Of a stretch of DNA of 64,000 nt, positions 18,772 to 29,383 are shown one piece after another. Position 1 is the first letter of the stretch. Each line of letters starts with the position of its first letter. The notes beneath the pieces were generated by a model. That model had not been told where the DNA came from and did not search any database. It saw nothing but the letters and a program-made list of their open reading frames with translations. Location: the NCBI GenBank assembly GCA_963719315.1, contig CAVRBU010000004.1, positions 416,001-480,000 on the forward strand, read 5' to 3'. The stretch is from an uncultured Planctomycetota bacterium. Lineage in GTDB: Bacteria > Planctomycetota > Planctomycetia > Pirellulales > Lacipirellulaceae. A program made the position numbers and the translations under genes.

Positions 18772-20118
18772 TTGACCATGTCCACTTTTAGCCCCGTTCG
18801 GATCATGATGATCTCCACGCACGGATACGTCGCCAAGGAACCGGAGTTAGGCAAGCCAGATACAGGTGGACAAGTCGTCTATGTCTTGGAGCTTTCCAAG
18901 TGCCTGGCAAGGATGGGTTTTATCGTCGATGTTTTGACGCGCCGCTTCGAGGATCAACCGTTCCAAGAAAGGATTAGCGACCGATTACGAGTCGTGCGGA
19001 TTCCCTGCGGCGGCGACGAATTCGTGCCCAAGGAAACGCTCTGCGAGTCGATTCCAGAATGGGTGGAGAACACGGTCCGCTGGACGCGGAGCGAGAAACT
19101 AAAATATAGCCTCATCAACAGCCATTATTGGGATGCTGGGTTGGCGGGGCAGGCGCTCGCGAACCGATTCGGGCTGCCGCATGTCCACACGCCCCATTCG
19201 ATCGGCGAATGGAAGCGTTTGAATATGGACGGAACCGCGAGTGAATTGGAAAAGAAATACAATTTCCGTAAACGAATCCGCGAGGAGAAGGTCGTCTACG
19301 ATGAGTGCGACTTGTTGGTCGCGACCACGCCGATGCAGCGCGATATTCTTTGCGCCAGCGTCTACGACGTGCCGACCGAAAAGATCCGCGTGATTCCACC
19401 CGGTTACGACGATCAGCGGTTCTTTCCAGTGTCGCGGTCTACGCGGCGGATGCTGAAGCAGGACCTTGGACTGGATGGTCCCGTGGTGCTTGCGCTCGGG
19501 CGAATTGCCAAGAACAAAGGGTACGACTTGCTGCTGCGCGCGATGCCTCCGGTGTTTCAGCGAATCCCCTCAGCGCGCCTGGTGCTGGCGGTTGGTTCGA
19601 CGTCGCCCAACGAGGCCGAAGCGGGAATGATTCGCGCGCTGCACGGGTTGGCCGCCGAATTGGGGATTTCCGATCGTGTCGTCTTCAACGACTTCATTGC
19701 GGACGATCAATTGGCGGATTACTACCGCGCGGCCGACGTATTCGCGCTCAGCAGCCGCTACGAACCGTTCGGCATGACGGCCATTGAAGCCATGGCCTGC
19801 GGCACGCCGACGGTCGTTACGACGGAAGGCGGCTTATGCGAGCAGGTGGCCTGGGGGATCGAGTCGTTGTATGCGAATCCCTTCGACACCGAAGCGTTTG
19901 GACACGCAATTGCCGCCATTTTGCAAAATCCGACCGTCGCGGGGCAACTGTCGAAGTTCGGACCGCGCAAGGCCCGCAGTCGCTTTACTTGGACCGGCGT
20001 TGCGCAACAGTTGTTATTCGCACTGGATAACCGCTGCGGCGAACGGGCCGAATCAGATAGCCGACACTTTGAGGAACTCGACGATTTAGTTGCGGAGGAG
20101 GCCGCGTGGAGCGTCTGA
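18772..20118 (+). CDS. mfpsA: GT4 sugar-phosphate synthase, MfpsA/sucrose-phosphate-synthase-like
   Basis: ISTHGYV...DTGGQVVYVLEL, SHYWDAG, HTPHS, YEPFGMTAIEAMACG. Confidence 0.75.
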   Translation: MTMSTFSPVRIMMISTHGYVAKEPELGKPDTGGQVVYVLELSKCLARMGFIVDVLTRRFEDQPFQERISDRLRVVRIPCGGDEFVPKETLCESIPEWVENTVRWTRSEKLKYSLINSHYWDAGLAGQALANRFGLPHVHTPHSIGEWKRLNMDGTASELEKKYNFRKRIREEKVVYDECDLLVATTPMQRDILCASVYDVPTEKIRVIPPGYDDQRFFPVSRSTRRMLKQDLGLDGPVVLALGRIAKNKGYDLLLRAMPPVFQRIPSARLVLAVGSTSPNEAEAGMIRALHGLAAELGISDRVVFNDFIADDQLADYYRAADVFALSSRYEPFGMTAIEAMACGTPTVVTTEGGLCEQVAWGIESLYANPFDTEAFGHAIAAILQNPTVAGQLSKFGPRKARSRFTWTGVAQQLLFALDNRCGERAESDSRHFEELDDLVAEEAAWSV

Positions 20119-20831
20119 AACTGCTCGTATCGGACTTGGATGGCACATTGTTGGGCGACGACGTTGCGCTCGACGGCTTCGCCGACTGGTACGATCGAAC
20201 CGAGGGACGCGTCGGTCTGATTTACTCGTCCGGCCGCTTTCTGAATTCGATTCGTGCTTCGATCGCGGAGAGCAATCTTCCGGAGCCGCGCGCCATCATC
20301 GGCGGCGTCGGCACGGAGATATTCGACAACGCGGCCGGCCGGCGGATCATCGGCTGGCCGACGATTTCATTCGGCTGGAATCCATATGTCGTGCGGTCAG
20401 CCTGTGCAACCTTTCGCGAACTTCAGGAGCAGCCGCAACACTTTGTGTCGCAATACAAAGTCAGCTTCTACGGTTACGATCTCGACGAGGCTTTCCTCAG
20501 TCGGTTGGCGGACGCGTTGGCGCAGGCCGACCAGGAAGTGGCGCTGGTGTACAGTTCGAATCGCGATCTGGACGTTCTTCCGGCCAAGACGAACAAGGGG
20601 ACGGCAGCCGCTTATCTCGCCGAGCGATGGGGAGTCGAGCGCGAGGACGTGATTGTGGCCGGCGATTCCGGGAATGACCGGGACATGTTTTGCGAAGGCT
20701 TTCGCGGAATCGTCGTGGGCAACGCTCAGCCCGAACTAAAGCAGTTGCACGACGAGCACATCTACCATGCCGCCGAGCCATACGCGGCGGGCGTCGTCGA
20801 AGGCCTGCTACATTGGCTCGAAGACGATTGA
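20106..20831 (+). CDS. mfppA: HAD-IIB sugar-phosphate phosphatase (MfppA/SPP-like)
   Basis: SDLDGTL, SSGR, LDVLP...KG, AGDSGND; overlaps the synthase stop. Confidence 0.75.
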   Translation: MERLKLLVSDLDGTLLGDDVALDGFADWYDRTEGRVGLIYSSGRFLNSIRASIAESNLPEPRAIIGGVGTEIFDNAAGRRIIGWPTISFGWNPYVVRSACATFRELQEQPQHFVSQYKVSFYGYDLDEAFLSRLADALAQADQEVALVYSSNRDLDVLPAKTNKGTAAAYLAERWGVEREDVIVAGDSGNDRDMFCEGFRGIVVGNAQPELKQLHDEHIYHAAEPYAAGVVEGLLHWLEDD

Positions 20832-20840
20832 AAACGATCG

Positions 20841-22136
20841 CTACACGCGATCGATCGAAGCCGGATCGAGATGCAGGTCGTGGCAGGCACGGATGAAGCT
20901 GGCGGCGCTCCAAGCTTGAAACGCCTTGCCCATGGGGCGGCCCGTGACTCCGTGGTGCCACTCGTTGAATTCCCACTCGTGACTGATGCCTTGCGAGCAA
21001 AGTTGGGCCAGCTTGACGAGCTCGCGGCGGGCCAGATCGGTCAATTCGAGCTTGTGAATGAACCGCACCCACAACCCGCCGACAAACGGCCAAATGCCTC
21101 CGTTGTGATAGTGGTTGGGCAAGTTCAACAAATTAACGGTAAAGTAATCGCGCCACTCGGGATCGCCGGATTGGATCGGCGGATAGACGTTTTTCACCGG
21201 CCAGGGTTCGTTGATGCCGCTGCCCCACATGAAGTGAAACGTCATCATCGCCCGCTCTTTGTCGAGCAGGTCGGACAAAAAAGCCATGATGTTGCCGTAT
21301 ACATCGCATCGCCAACTATAACTGAACGGCGACACTTGAGCGACTAAGTAACGCGCATCCCCCAATTCGAATTGTGCGTCGCTGAACTGTGGGGCCGGGT
21401 CCAAATCCCGGCGAGTCGAGGGCCAGAAGCTCTTCAGGATGACGCGCCGCACGCGCTCGGCCAACCGCTCGTAGTCATTTGCCCGTGCTTCATCGCCGCG
21501 CTGCCGCAGCATTTTTGTGTAGTACACCAAGCAGCGAAACCACAGCACCTCGTCGTAGAGGATGTGATAACTGCGGGCGAACAAATCGGTCCAATCGCCG
21601 GCTTCGGGGATTTCGAGCATTCCGCAATTGTTGGCATCGAGCCCGCTGAGCCAATCCATCGCCCTTTGGAGCTGCTTGGAATACTCCTCGATGAGGGAGT
21701 AATCATTTTGCGCGTGACAATACCGCCAAACGGCGACAAACATCCACAACGCGCTGTCGATCGAAGTGATTCCGCCCACTCCACCGTACTCCGGCCTCCC
21801 ATCTTCCAGGGCCACGTATGCCGGCAGTTGTCCGGCCGGGCCTTGGTGATCGAGGATTGTGCGGAGCGTCTGTTCCTGGCATCGTCGAATGTCGTCATCC
21901 TCCAGATCGGAGGTCCACACGACGCATTTGGCGCCGTCGCGCGCCCAGATGCCGCGATAGTTCGCGTCGGTGCCGACGACTCGATTGTCGGCAATGGAAC
22001 ACGGAGAAAACCCGATCGGAGTAATATTGCGGCGAATGGCTTCGATCGCGCGTTCGTAGCCCTCCCGCAGGAGCGATTGGTCGGTTGGCGTTAGCTGCTT
22101 ATACTCGCTAGGGTCAAATAGAATTCGCTTCATCAA
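20841..22136 (-). CDS. Inverting (alpha/alpha)6 glycoside hydrolase, GH100 neutral-invertase-like
   Basis: NYRGIWARD, IDSALW, YHNGGIWP, FNEW, QAWSAA. Confidence 0.8.
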   Translation of the reverse strand: MMKRILFDPSEYKQLTPTDQSLLREGYERAIEAIRRNITPIGFSPCSIADNRVVGTDANYRGIWARDGAKCVVWTSDLEDDDIRRCQEQTLRTILDHQGPAGQLPAYVALEDGRPEYGGVGGITSIDSALWMFVAVWRYCHAQNDYSLIEEYSKQLQRAMDWLSGLDANNCGMLEIPEAGDWTDLFARSYHILYDEVLWFRCLVYYTKMLRQRGDEARANDYERLAERVRRVILKSFWPSTRRDLDPAPQFSDAQFELGDARYLVAQVSPFSYSWRCDVYGNIMAFLSDLLDKERAMMTFHFMWGSGINEPWPVKNVYPPIQSGDPEWRDYFTVNLLNLPNHYHNGGIWPFVGGLWVRFIHKLELTDLARRELVKLAQLCSQGISHEWEFNEWHHGVTGRPMGKAFQAWSAASFIRACHDLHLDPASIDRV

Positions 22137-22519
22137 CTAATGGGCCTTCTGAGCTCTGTGAGGACGAGAACCGTTGATTCAGTTTAGCGCATCGCAAGTC
22201 TTGCCGACGACCTTGCATTATGAGGATGCCGCCCCGCGTGGCAAGTCACATCCAAATCACTGATAGCAGCCGAAGACCACCGCGCATGGTTTTGCCAAAC
22301 GACCTCCGGACGCACTCTGCGCGGGGTTTGGCATTCTAGTTTTCGAGAGAATTTGGCCTGCCCTGACTGCCGGGCGGCTGCTAGAATTTCGGCCGCGAAC
22401 CAAAATTGAAGTGAGCCGTCTTTGAGGAGTGTGGCCCTGGGGTCGGCGATGCGCAGCATCGCGGCTATTGGGTTGCGTTCGACTTCACTGATTCCCCCCT
22501 CCCCTGCCCCTTCCCTGCC

Positions 22520-23548
22520 GTGGCGCATCTGGCGTTTATCTTCTGTTGTGCTGTTTGGGGCACGTCGTTCATTCTGCTGGAGCGGGTGACGCATGTGATG
22601 GGGCCGGTGGAGATCTGCATTTGGCGGATGTTCAGTGGGGCCGCCGTCGTGGGACTTTGCTGGTGGGTCAATCGCGATGCCTATCGTATCCGGCGGCGCG
22701 ATCTGGCGTTGATGGCGATGTCATCGCTGCTGTTTACGTTACCCGCGTCGGTGATTCAGGTATACGTTCTGTCACAGGGTTTTGGGCACAGCTTCTTCGG
22801 AACCATGGTGGCGGCGATTCCGCTGCTGACGATTCTGGTATCGGTTCCCATGCTGGGTGTGTTGCCGACGGGCCGCGAGTTGTTCGGCGTGCTCGGTGGG
22901 CTGGCTTGCATTTTCATGCTGGTGGAAGACGGCGTGCATCGAGGGATGTCGCTGGGGCTGCTGGCGCTGACGTTGCTGATTCCGCTTTCGTCGGCGCTCA
23001 ACAACACGTTCATCAAGCGTCAGTTGCCGCACGTGCCGGCGGCTGCGCTCACGGCGACGTTGCTCCTCGTGGCCGGCACGGCGCTTGTGCCGTTGCAGAT
23101 GTCGCCTACTTTAATGGCTTCGTTGCATATCGCCGCTCCGAGCGGTGCGGCCGTGACGGTTGATGCGATCGCGTACCTCGCGCTCCTGGGTGTCGTCGGC
23201 AGCGGCATTTCGACGATGGTGTTCGTGTGGATGGTGCTCGAACGCGGGCCTTTGTTTGCGAGTATGACGACTTACGTGGTGCCGGTGCTCGCACTGCTCT
23301 GGGGCACGTTCGATCATGAGTCGATCGGTCCCGCGCAAATTGCGGCGATTGCCGGTGTGCTGACCATGGTCGCGCTCGTGCAAACGGGCGCCAAATCGGG
23401 CGACGACGTGTTGGAGCCGTGTGCGGCGGGCGATGTAGTTACGTCGTTGCCGTTGTCGGCCGAGGTGGACCAGATGGTGTCGCTGCCGGCACAGGAAATC
23501 CCGCTGACTGACCCGCTGGCGTCGCAGCCGGAATCGCAGGTTGCGTGA
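22520..23548 (+). CDS. DMT/EamA family transporter
   Basis: WGTSF, about 10 TM segments, YVVPVLALLWG...E. Confidence 0.9.
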   Translation: MAHLAFIFCCAVWGTSFILLERVTHVMGPVEICIWRMFSGAAVVGLCWWVNRDAYRIRRRDLALMAMSSLLFTLPASVIQVYVLSQGFGHSFFGTMVAAIPLLTILVSVPMLGVLPTGRELFGVLGGLACIFMLVEDGVHRGMSLGLLALTLLIPLSSALNNTFIKRQLPHVPAAALTATLLLVAGTALVPLQMSPTLMASLHIAAPSGAAVTVDAIAYLALLGVVGSGISTMVFVWMVLERGPLFASMTTYVVPVLALLWGTFDHESIGPAQIAAIAGVLTMVALVQTGAKSGDDVLEPCAAGDVVTSLPLSAEVDQMVSLPAQEIPLTDPLASQPESQVA

Positions 23549-23671
23549 CTGTAGCAAGAACGCTCCGCGTGCCCTAGCATTGATTGTCGATGGCATTATC
23601 GGCAACAATGTGTTCTGGGTTACACGATACCTTCTTCAAGCGAACGGCATGCGGGGCATGCCTGACACTCT

Positions 23672-24834
23672 ATGCACCCTTGGCTGGCCGAGCGTACCGC
23701 GGAATTTGACAGTTCGGGCATCCGCAAGGTGTTCGACCTCGCGGCCAAGATGAAGAACCCGATCAATCTTTCGATCGGGCAACCGGATTTTCCGGTACCG
23801 GATGCAGTCAAAGAGGCAGCCATCGCGGCCATTCGCGGCGATAAGAACGGCTACAGCCAGACGCAGGGGATTCCCGAGTTGCGCGCTAAGTTGCAAGCAG
23901 CGGTTGATACGCGGCATCAACATTCCGACCGAAAAGTGTTGGTGACGTCGGGGACGAGCGGAGCCTTGGTGTTGGCCGTGCTGGCGATGGTGAACCCGGG
24001 CGACGAAGTGATCGTGTTCGATCCGTACTTCGTAATGTACCCGGCGCTCGTGGGGATGGTCGGCGGCCGGTGCGTGACGATCGACACGTATCCAGATTTT
24101 CGGATCGATCCGGATCGCGTGGCGGCGGCGATCACGCCGCGGACGAAAATGATTCTGCTGAACAGCCCGGCGAACCCGACGGGAGCGGTGGCGGGCGAAG
24201 CGGAATTGCGGTCGCTGGCGGCGCTCGCGGCCAAGCACAATATCGCGCTCGTGAGCGACGAGATCTATCGCGAGTTTTGTTACGATGCGCCGTTCGTGAG
24301 CCCGGCATCGTGGAACGAGCAGACGATTGTTGTGGATGGGTTCAGCAAGACGTACGGCGTCACCGGTTGGCGGCTGGGATTCGTCCACGGGCCGGCGGCG
24401 ATCATTGACAAGTTAACGATGATTCAACAATACACGTTTGTGTGTGCACCGCATCCGCTGCAATTGGCGGCTGTGGCGGCGCTCGATGTGGATATGAACT
24501 CGCACATCGAGGCGTACCGGCGGAAGCGCGACCGGATTGTGGCCGGACTCTCGGAGGCGGGGTACAACGTGGTGAAGCCTGGGGGCGCGTTTTATGTGTT
24601 TTCCGAGGCGCTAGGAACACTGGCGGAGCCAGTGGCACGCGAAATAGCACTGGCGGAGCCGGTGGCACACGGGAAAGTGCAAGCGAGTTTGTGGCTCGCG
24701 CGATTCAGAAGGAATTGCTCATCATCCCGGGCGATATTTTCAGCGAGCGCGATACGCACTTTCGCCTTTCTTACGCGGCCAGCGACGAGACGATCGAACG
24801 CGGCTTGGAAGTATTGCGCCGGCTAGCGCAATAA
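23672..24834 (+). CDS. Class I/II PLP-dependent aminotransferase, frameshifted near 24610
   Basis: LSIGQPDF, NSPANPTG, SDEIY, FSKTYGVTGWRLG; C-terminus IPG..F...HFRLSYA lies in another frame. Confidence 0.9.
24618..24668 (-). repeat. Two tandem REP-like hairpins inside the aminotransferase gene
   Basis: CACTGGCGGAGCCRGTGGCAC twice on the + strand, 30-bp period. Confidence 0.8.
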
Positions 24835-24860
24835 AAAGCCCTCGGCTTGCGCCGAGGGCT
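24832..24860 (-). terminator. Intrinsic terminator of clpX (possibly bidirectional)
   Basis: AGCCCTCGGC-TTGC-GCCGAGGGCT with a T tract on the minus strand. Confidence 0.75.
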
Positions 24861-24911
24861 GGTTATGGCATTCAATTCCGCGCCGGGACGCCCGCGGTAT
24901 TTTGTTAACGT

Positions 24912-26192
24912 TTAAGCGCTCTTCGTTTGCGGCTGCTCGAACGCCGGCTTTTTGCCGTGGACGATGTCGTCGGTGATCACGTAGCGGCTGCCGCGCGGTT
25001 GCTCGGGCAGGTCGAACATGATGTCGAGCATCACCTGTTCGATGATCGACCGCAAGCCACGGGCGCCCGTTTCTCGTTCCTGGGCCTTCTTGGCGATGGC
25101 CCGGAGGGCGTGGTCCGTGAACTGCAGGTCGGCTTCTTCCATCGAGAACAGCCGTTCGTACTGCTTGGTGAGCGCGTTCTTGGGCTCGGTGAGGACTCGC
25201 ACGAGCGCTTCCTCATCGAGGGGCGTGAGCGCGCTGATGACGGGCAACCGGCCGACGAGCTCGGGGATCATGCCAAACTCGATCAAATCGTCTGCATTCA
25301 CATACGGCAGCGACTCGGCCAGACCCAGGTCGGTGTGCGACTTGGAATCTTGCGTGAAGCCGATCGACCGCTTGCCGAGGCGTTTGCGGATGATGTCGTC
25401 CACGCCGGTGAAGGTGCCGCCGCAGATAAACAAGATATTCGTGGTGTCGATCTGGATGTACTGCTGCTCAGGGTGCTTGCGGCCGCCTTGGGGCGGCACG
25501 TTGGCCGTAGTGCCTTCAAGCATCTTGAGCAACGCTTGTTGCACGCCTTCGCCGGAAACATCGCGCGTGATGGAGACGTTCTGGCTCGTCTTGCCGATCT
25601 TGTCGATTTCGTCGATATAGAGCACGCCGCGTTGGGCGGCCTCGATATCGAAATCGGCGGCGTGGAGTAGTTTCAAGAGCAGGTTTTCAACGTCTTCGCC
25701 GACGTAGCCCGCTTCGGTAAGCGTGGTGGCGTCGCCGATGGCGAACGGCACGTTCAGGCTCTTGGCCAAGGTGCGGGCGAGCAATGTCTTGCCGCAACCG
25801 GTCGGGCCGACGAGTAAAATGTTCGACTTGTCGATTTCAACGTCCGACTCATCCTCGGCCGCAACCAGCCGCTTGTAGTGGCTGTGAACTGCGACCGACA
25901 GAACTCTCTTCGCCTGATCCTGGCCGATGACGTACTCGCCCAGCTGCTCCATGATTTCGCGGGGCGTGGGGATGCGCGTAAAAAGTTGTTTGCTCGTACC
26001 GCGGCGTTTGCGTTCCTGGTCGAGGATACTCTGGCAAAGCTCGATGCATTCGCCGCAAATGTAAACGTCGCCCGGTCCTTCGACCAGAGGTCCAACGTCT
26101 CGATAACTTTTGCGACAGAACGAACAGAACGCGTTCTTCTTGGTTGTGCCGCCGCGGCGTGTTGTGCCGCTGATGTCCCGGCCAGTTGGCAT
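24912..26192 (-). CDS. clpX: ATP-dependent Clp protease ATP-binding subunit
   Basis: CSFC...CGEC zinc finger, [22 protein letters not shown] loop. Confidence 0.98.
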   Translation of the reverse strand: MPTGRDISGTTRRGGTTKKNAFCSFCRKSYRDVGPLVEGPGDVYICGECIELCQSILDQERKRRGTSKQLFTRIPTPREIMEQLGEYVIGQDQAKRVLSVAVHSHYKRLVAAEDESDVEIDKSNILLVGPTGCGKTLLARTLAKSLNVPFAIGDATTLTEAGYVGEDVENLLLKLLHAADFDIEAAQRGVLYIDEIDKIGKTSQNVSITRDVSGEGVQQALLKMLEGTTANVPPQGGRKHPEQQYIQIDTTNILFICGGTFTGVDDIIRKRLGKRSIGFTQDSKSHTDLGLAESLPYVNADDLIEFGMIPELVGRLPVISALTPLDEEALVRVLTEPKNALTKQYERLFSMEEADLQFTDHALRAIAKKAQERETGARGLRSIIEQVMLDIMFDLPEQPRGSRYVITDDIVHGKKPAFEQPQTKSA

Positions 26193-26583
26193 TCAAAACT
26201 CCTTCCGGTTGACGACAATTTCGAGCGAACGTTCGCACGAAGTCAATTGTCGCCTGATCTATCCTGTGGTGTCACTCGCTCAAGGCGAACCAGGTTCGAT
26301 GGTTGATGCCGTTCGGTGGTCTACTTCCCTACCACAGCGTAGGAGGCGCATCATCCTGTTTCGAACCGTTCGCACGCGTGCGTCCGGAGGAGCTTCCTTG
26401 TCCCCAGTTGCCGTTCGTGCCGCGGCGGACTCCGCCGCGACAACTTCCAAATCACGTTACTCACTACGTCACAGTGGCGGTCGTCGTTCGCCGATCAAAA
26501 CTCGTTGATCCGCCGACCGCCTGCTGGCACGCTCGCGTCAATCGCGTCAGGCGGTTCTGCCGGAGCGATCGTTGCTGGCGTGC

Positions 26584-26847
26584 CTAACTCGTCTCGTCGT
26601 TATCATTTAGCGTCGCATCGAGCTGACTTGCTAGCTTCGTTTTAATTGTTCGGTATTCGCCGTCGCTTAGACCACCTCGGTCGTGCAGTTCTCGGAATTT
26701 TGTGAGCAATTCACTAGGTGTTGGTTGGGCGTCGTAGGAACCACCGCGCCACTTTCTCAAAAGGACGATCGCCAGCGCGGATAAAGCGAATATTACCGCA
26801 AACCACAAAGCTGCCTGTGACAACGGATGACGAAACAATTCGGACAT
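26584..26847 (-). CDS. Small membrane-anchored SHOCT-like protein
   Basis: One TM followed by LTKFRELHDRGGLSDGEYRTIK. Confidence 0.7.
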   Translation of the reverse strand: MSELFRHPLSQAALWFAVIFALSALAIVLLRKWRGGSYDAQPTPSELLTKFRELHDRGGLSDGEYRTIKTKLASQLDATLNDNDETS

Positions 26848-26992
26848 GCCACCCGCTCGGCGTGCCGATGCCTTGGTTTGCTAGCTGGCCATCTTCGCCC
26901 AACCGATACATTATGCGCCGGCAACAAAAATAGGTCCAGAACGAAGACATTTGGATGGTGTCCTAATTTGGCACCGTTCGGACCGGAACTAT

Positions 26993-27043
26993 GTAGCACG
27001 GACTTCAGTCCGTACGAGAATCACGGACTGAAGTCCGTGCTAC
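26993..27043. repeat. Perfect GTAG-REP doublet (REPIN)
   Basis: GTAGCACGGACTTCAGTCCGT-9 nt-ACGGACTGAAGTCCGTGCTAC. Confidence 0.9.
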
Positions 27044-27195
27044 AAGCTTGTTGTGCCGCAAATTAGGACACTACCGCCATTCGCACCGGTTTGACCGTGT
27101 ATGCCAGCGGGTTTGCCGTGCAGACCAACTTCCGGCTGTCCCGATAAGGATTCAGGGAGCATGCGCGATTTCATCAGGGTGCGGGCGGAAGCGGA

Positions 27196-29307
27196 ATGCT
27201 GCGAACTGGCCAGTTTTGTTGTCGAGAACCGCGTAAGGTGAGCACCGCTCACCAGCGTGCGCGCCATCCGGTAGCTGAATTCTTGCGATTCCAGCTAACG
27301 CCGTGGAGTACATTTTTCGGTGGTTGCCGCCCTGCCCTGCACCGTGCGTTGCTGACCGCCGCGTTCGCGACCTGCCTGATCGCCACAATCGGCCGCGATG
27401 CTCTGGGCCAATTGGCGCCCGTTGCGCCGGTTGCCGTCATGCCGCAGGCGTTGCCCGAGCCGATCTACTGGAAGCAGCATTTATTCTTGATTCCATACCA
27501 ATGGGGATCGGCGGCCCAATCGGGCGCGGCACGGTCGGTCACGCTGTTCGTGTCGAAGGACCGCGGCGCGAGTTGGCAGAAAATCAGCGAAGCCCGGCCG
27601 GAGGTCAAGTCGTTCAACTATCGCGCGGAAGGGGACGGCGAGTATTGGTTCGCGGTTCGCACGCTCGATATTCGCGGCCGCTCGTGGCCCGAGGGACCGT
27701 ACCTGCCAGAGCTCCGCGTGATCGTCGATACGACCATTCCGCGGATCGACGCCCTTCGCGTGCAGCCGGCCGCGAATGGCGCGATCGACATCGAGTGCCG
27801 CGCGACCGACGTGAATCTCGATCCGGGCAGTCTCAGGGTCGAGGCGCAAATCGCCGTGGGCGGGCCTTGGCAGTTGGTCCCGCTGCAAGCGATCGGCGGC
27901 GGCCAGTTCGGCGCGATTCAAGTGCGTTGGACACCCGCGATGGGCGTTCGACCGATCGCGATTCGCGCGAGGATTTCGGACCGGGCCGGAAACTCGGCCG
28001 ATTATCAAACCACCATCGGCGCGGGACCAGCAATATCGGGGCCGTTGTTGTCGCAACCGGCGTTGAGCGTCTTCGCGTCGAACCCGTTTGATGCCATGCC
28101 CAAAGCGACCGCCGGCCCGATAAGTTCTCCGCCGATTGTCGCGACGAGTCCTACGTCGCAGGGTTGGATGGCCGGCCCGGCAGTGGCAGCGCAGCCAGCC
28201 GGTCCGCCGGCGGCACAGCAGTGGCCGGCCGGCGCGATGGCGCGTGCGCCGTTTCGTTTGTGGACGAGCGAAACATCTCAGCAAGACGATGGCCTGACAG
28301 CGTATGGCAGCCCGCAAGTATCGGCTATCCCCGTCGTACCCCCTTTGCCTTCGAGAGAGAATCAAGCTGATGGCGCCTTGATTGCAGGCAGCACACTTCC
28401 GCCACGCGTGCCGGCTCACTATGCGGGCGCAGCGAAGACAGAGGAAGCCGCGACTTCCGACGGTTCCGGTTGGACATCGGGCACAAATGGGCCACAGTTC
28501 GCGCCGTTGGAGCCATTTCGCCAGGCAACCACTTCCGGCGCAACAGATGGCGGCGTTCCGATGTCGCCCGTGGGTCTCTCCCTCGCCACGCTCAACAATC
28601 AACCCGTGACGCCGATCGACTCGCCGCCACCGACGCATCGACCGGCCACGCAGCCGAAATTGGTCGGCTCACGCACGTTCGCGCTGGAATACGACCTGGA
28701 CGGCGCGGGCAGCGCCGGCGTCTCGAAAGTGGAACTCTGGGGCACGCGGGACGGCGGCCAATCGTGGAGCCGCTTTGCTCAGGACGACGACAACCGCAGC
28801 CCGCTCATCGTCACCGTCGACAACGAAGGCACGTATGGCTTCAAGATTCTCGTGCAGAACGCGGGCGGCGCCGCCATTGATCCGCCGCGCGTGGGGGAAG
28901 AGCCGGAGTTGTGGGTGTCTGTCGACTTGAAGCGGCCAATCGTTGAGCTCACGGCCATCGAGCGCGGCGAAGGCAACCTGGCCGACCACCTGATCCTCCG
29001 CTGGCGAGCCCAGGACAACAATTTGGAACAGCGGCCGATCTCATTGTATTTCAGCAGCCGCCCCGGGGGCCCATGGTCGGCGATCGCGACCAACCTGGAA
29101 GACACCGGTCAGTACGCCTGGCGCGTCGAACGTTACGTGCCGACGCGAATCTATCTGCGGATCGAAGCCCGCGACACGGCCGGCAACCTGGCCGCGTTTC
29201 AAACGCGCGAGCCGGTGGAATTCTCGTCGCCGCAGTTGACGGGCCGGCTACGTTCGGCGGCGCCGGCCGGGCCGACGGCCAATGGTTCTAATGACTCATA
29301 CCGGTGA
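27196..29307 (+). CDS. Large exported protein with duplicated beta-sandwich regions and a Pro-rich linker (start uncertain)
   Basis: Repeated V.L..(S/T).D.G.SW...G.Y.F...PEL.V.VD...P. Confidence 0.8.
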   Translation: MLRTGQFCCREPRKVSTAHQRARHPVAEFLRFQLTPWSTFFGGCRPALHRALLTAAFATCLIATIGRDALGQLAPVAPVAVMPQALPEPIYWKQHLFLIPYQWGSAAQSGAARSVTLFVSKDRGASWQKISEARPEVKSFNYRAEGDGEYWFAVRTLDIRGRSWPEGPYLPELRVIVDTTIPRIDALRVQPAANGAIDIECRATDVNLDPGSLRVEAQIAVGGPWQLVPLQAIGGGQFGAIQVRWTPAMGVRPIAIRARISDRAGNSADYQTTIGAGPAISGPLLSQPALSVFASNPFDAMPKATAGPISSPPIVATSPTSQGWMAGPAVAAQPAGPPAAQQWPAGAMARAPFRLWTSETSQQDDGLTAYGSPQVSAIPVVPPLPSRENQADGALIAGSTLPPRVPAHYAGAAKTEEAATSDGSGWTSGTNGPQFAPLEPFRQATTSGATDGGVPMSPVGLSLATLNNQPVTPIDSPPPTHRPATQPKLVGSRTFALEYDLDGAGSAGVSKVELWGTRDGGQSWSRFAQDDDNRSPLIVTVDNEGTYGFKILVQNAGGAAIDPPRVGEEPELWVSVDLKRPIVELTAIERGEGNLADHLILRWRAQDNNLEQRPISLYFSSRPGGPWSAIATNLEDTGQYAWRVERYVPTRIYLRIEARDTAGNLAAFQTREPVEFSSPQLTGRLRSAAPAGPTANGSNDSYR

Positions 29308-29383
29308 AGAGACGATGCAGTTATACTGCGTCGGCTATTTGTCGTCTTCTGTCAATTGAGCGTACTCTGAACTAAGTTCAACC

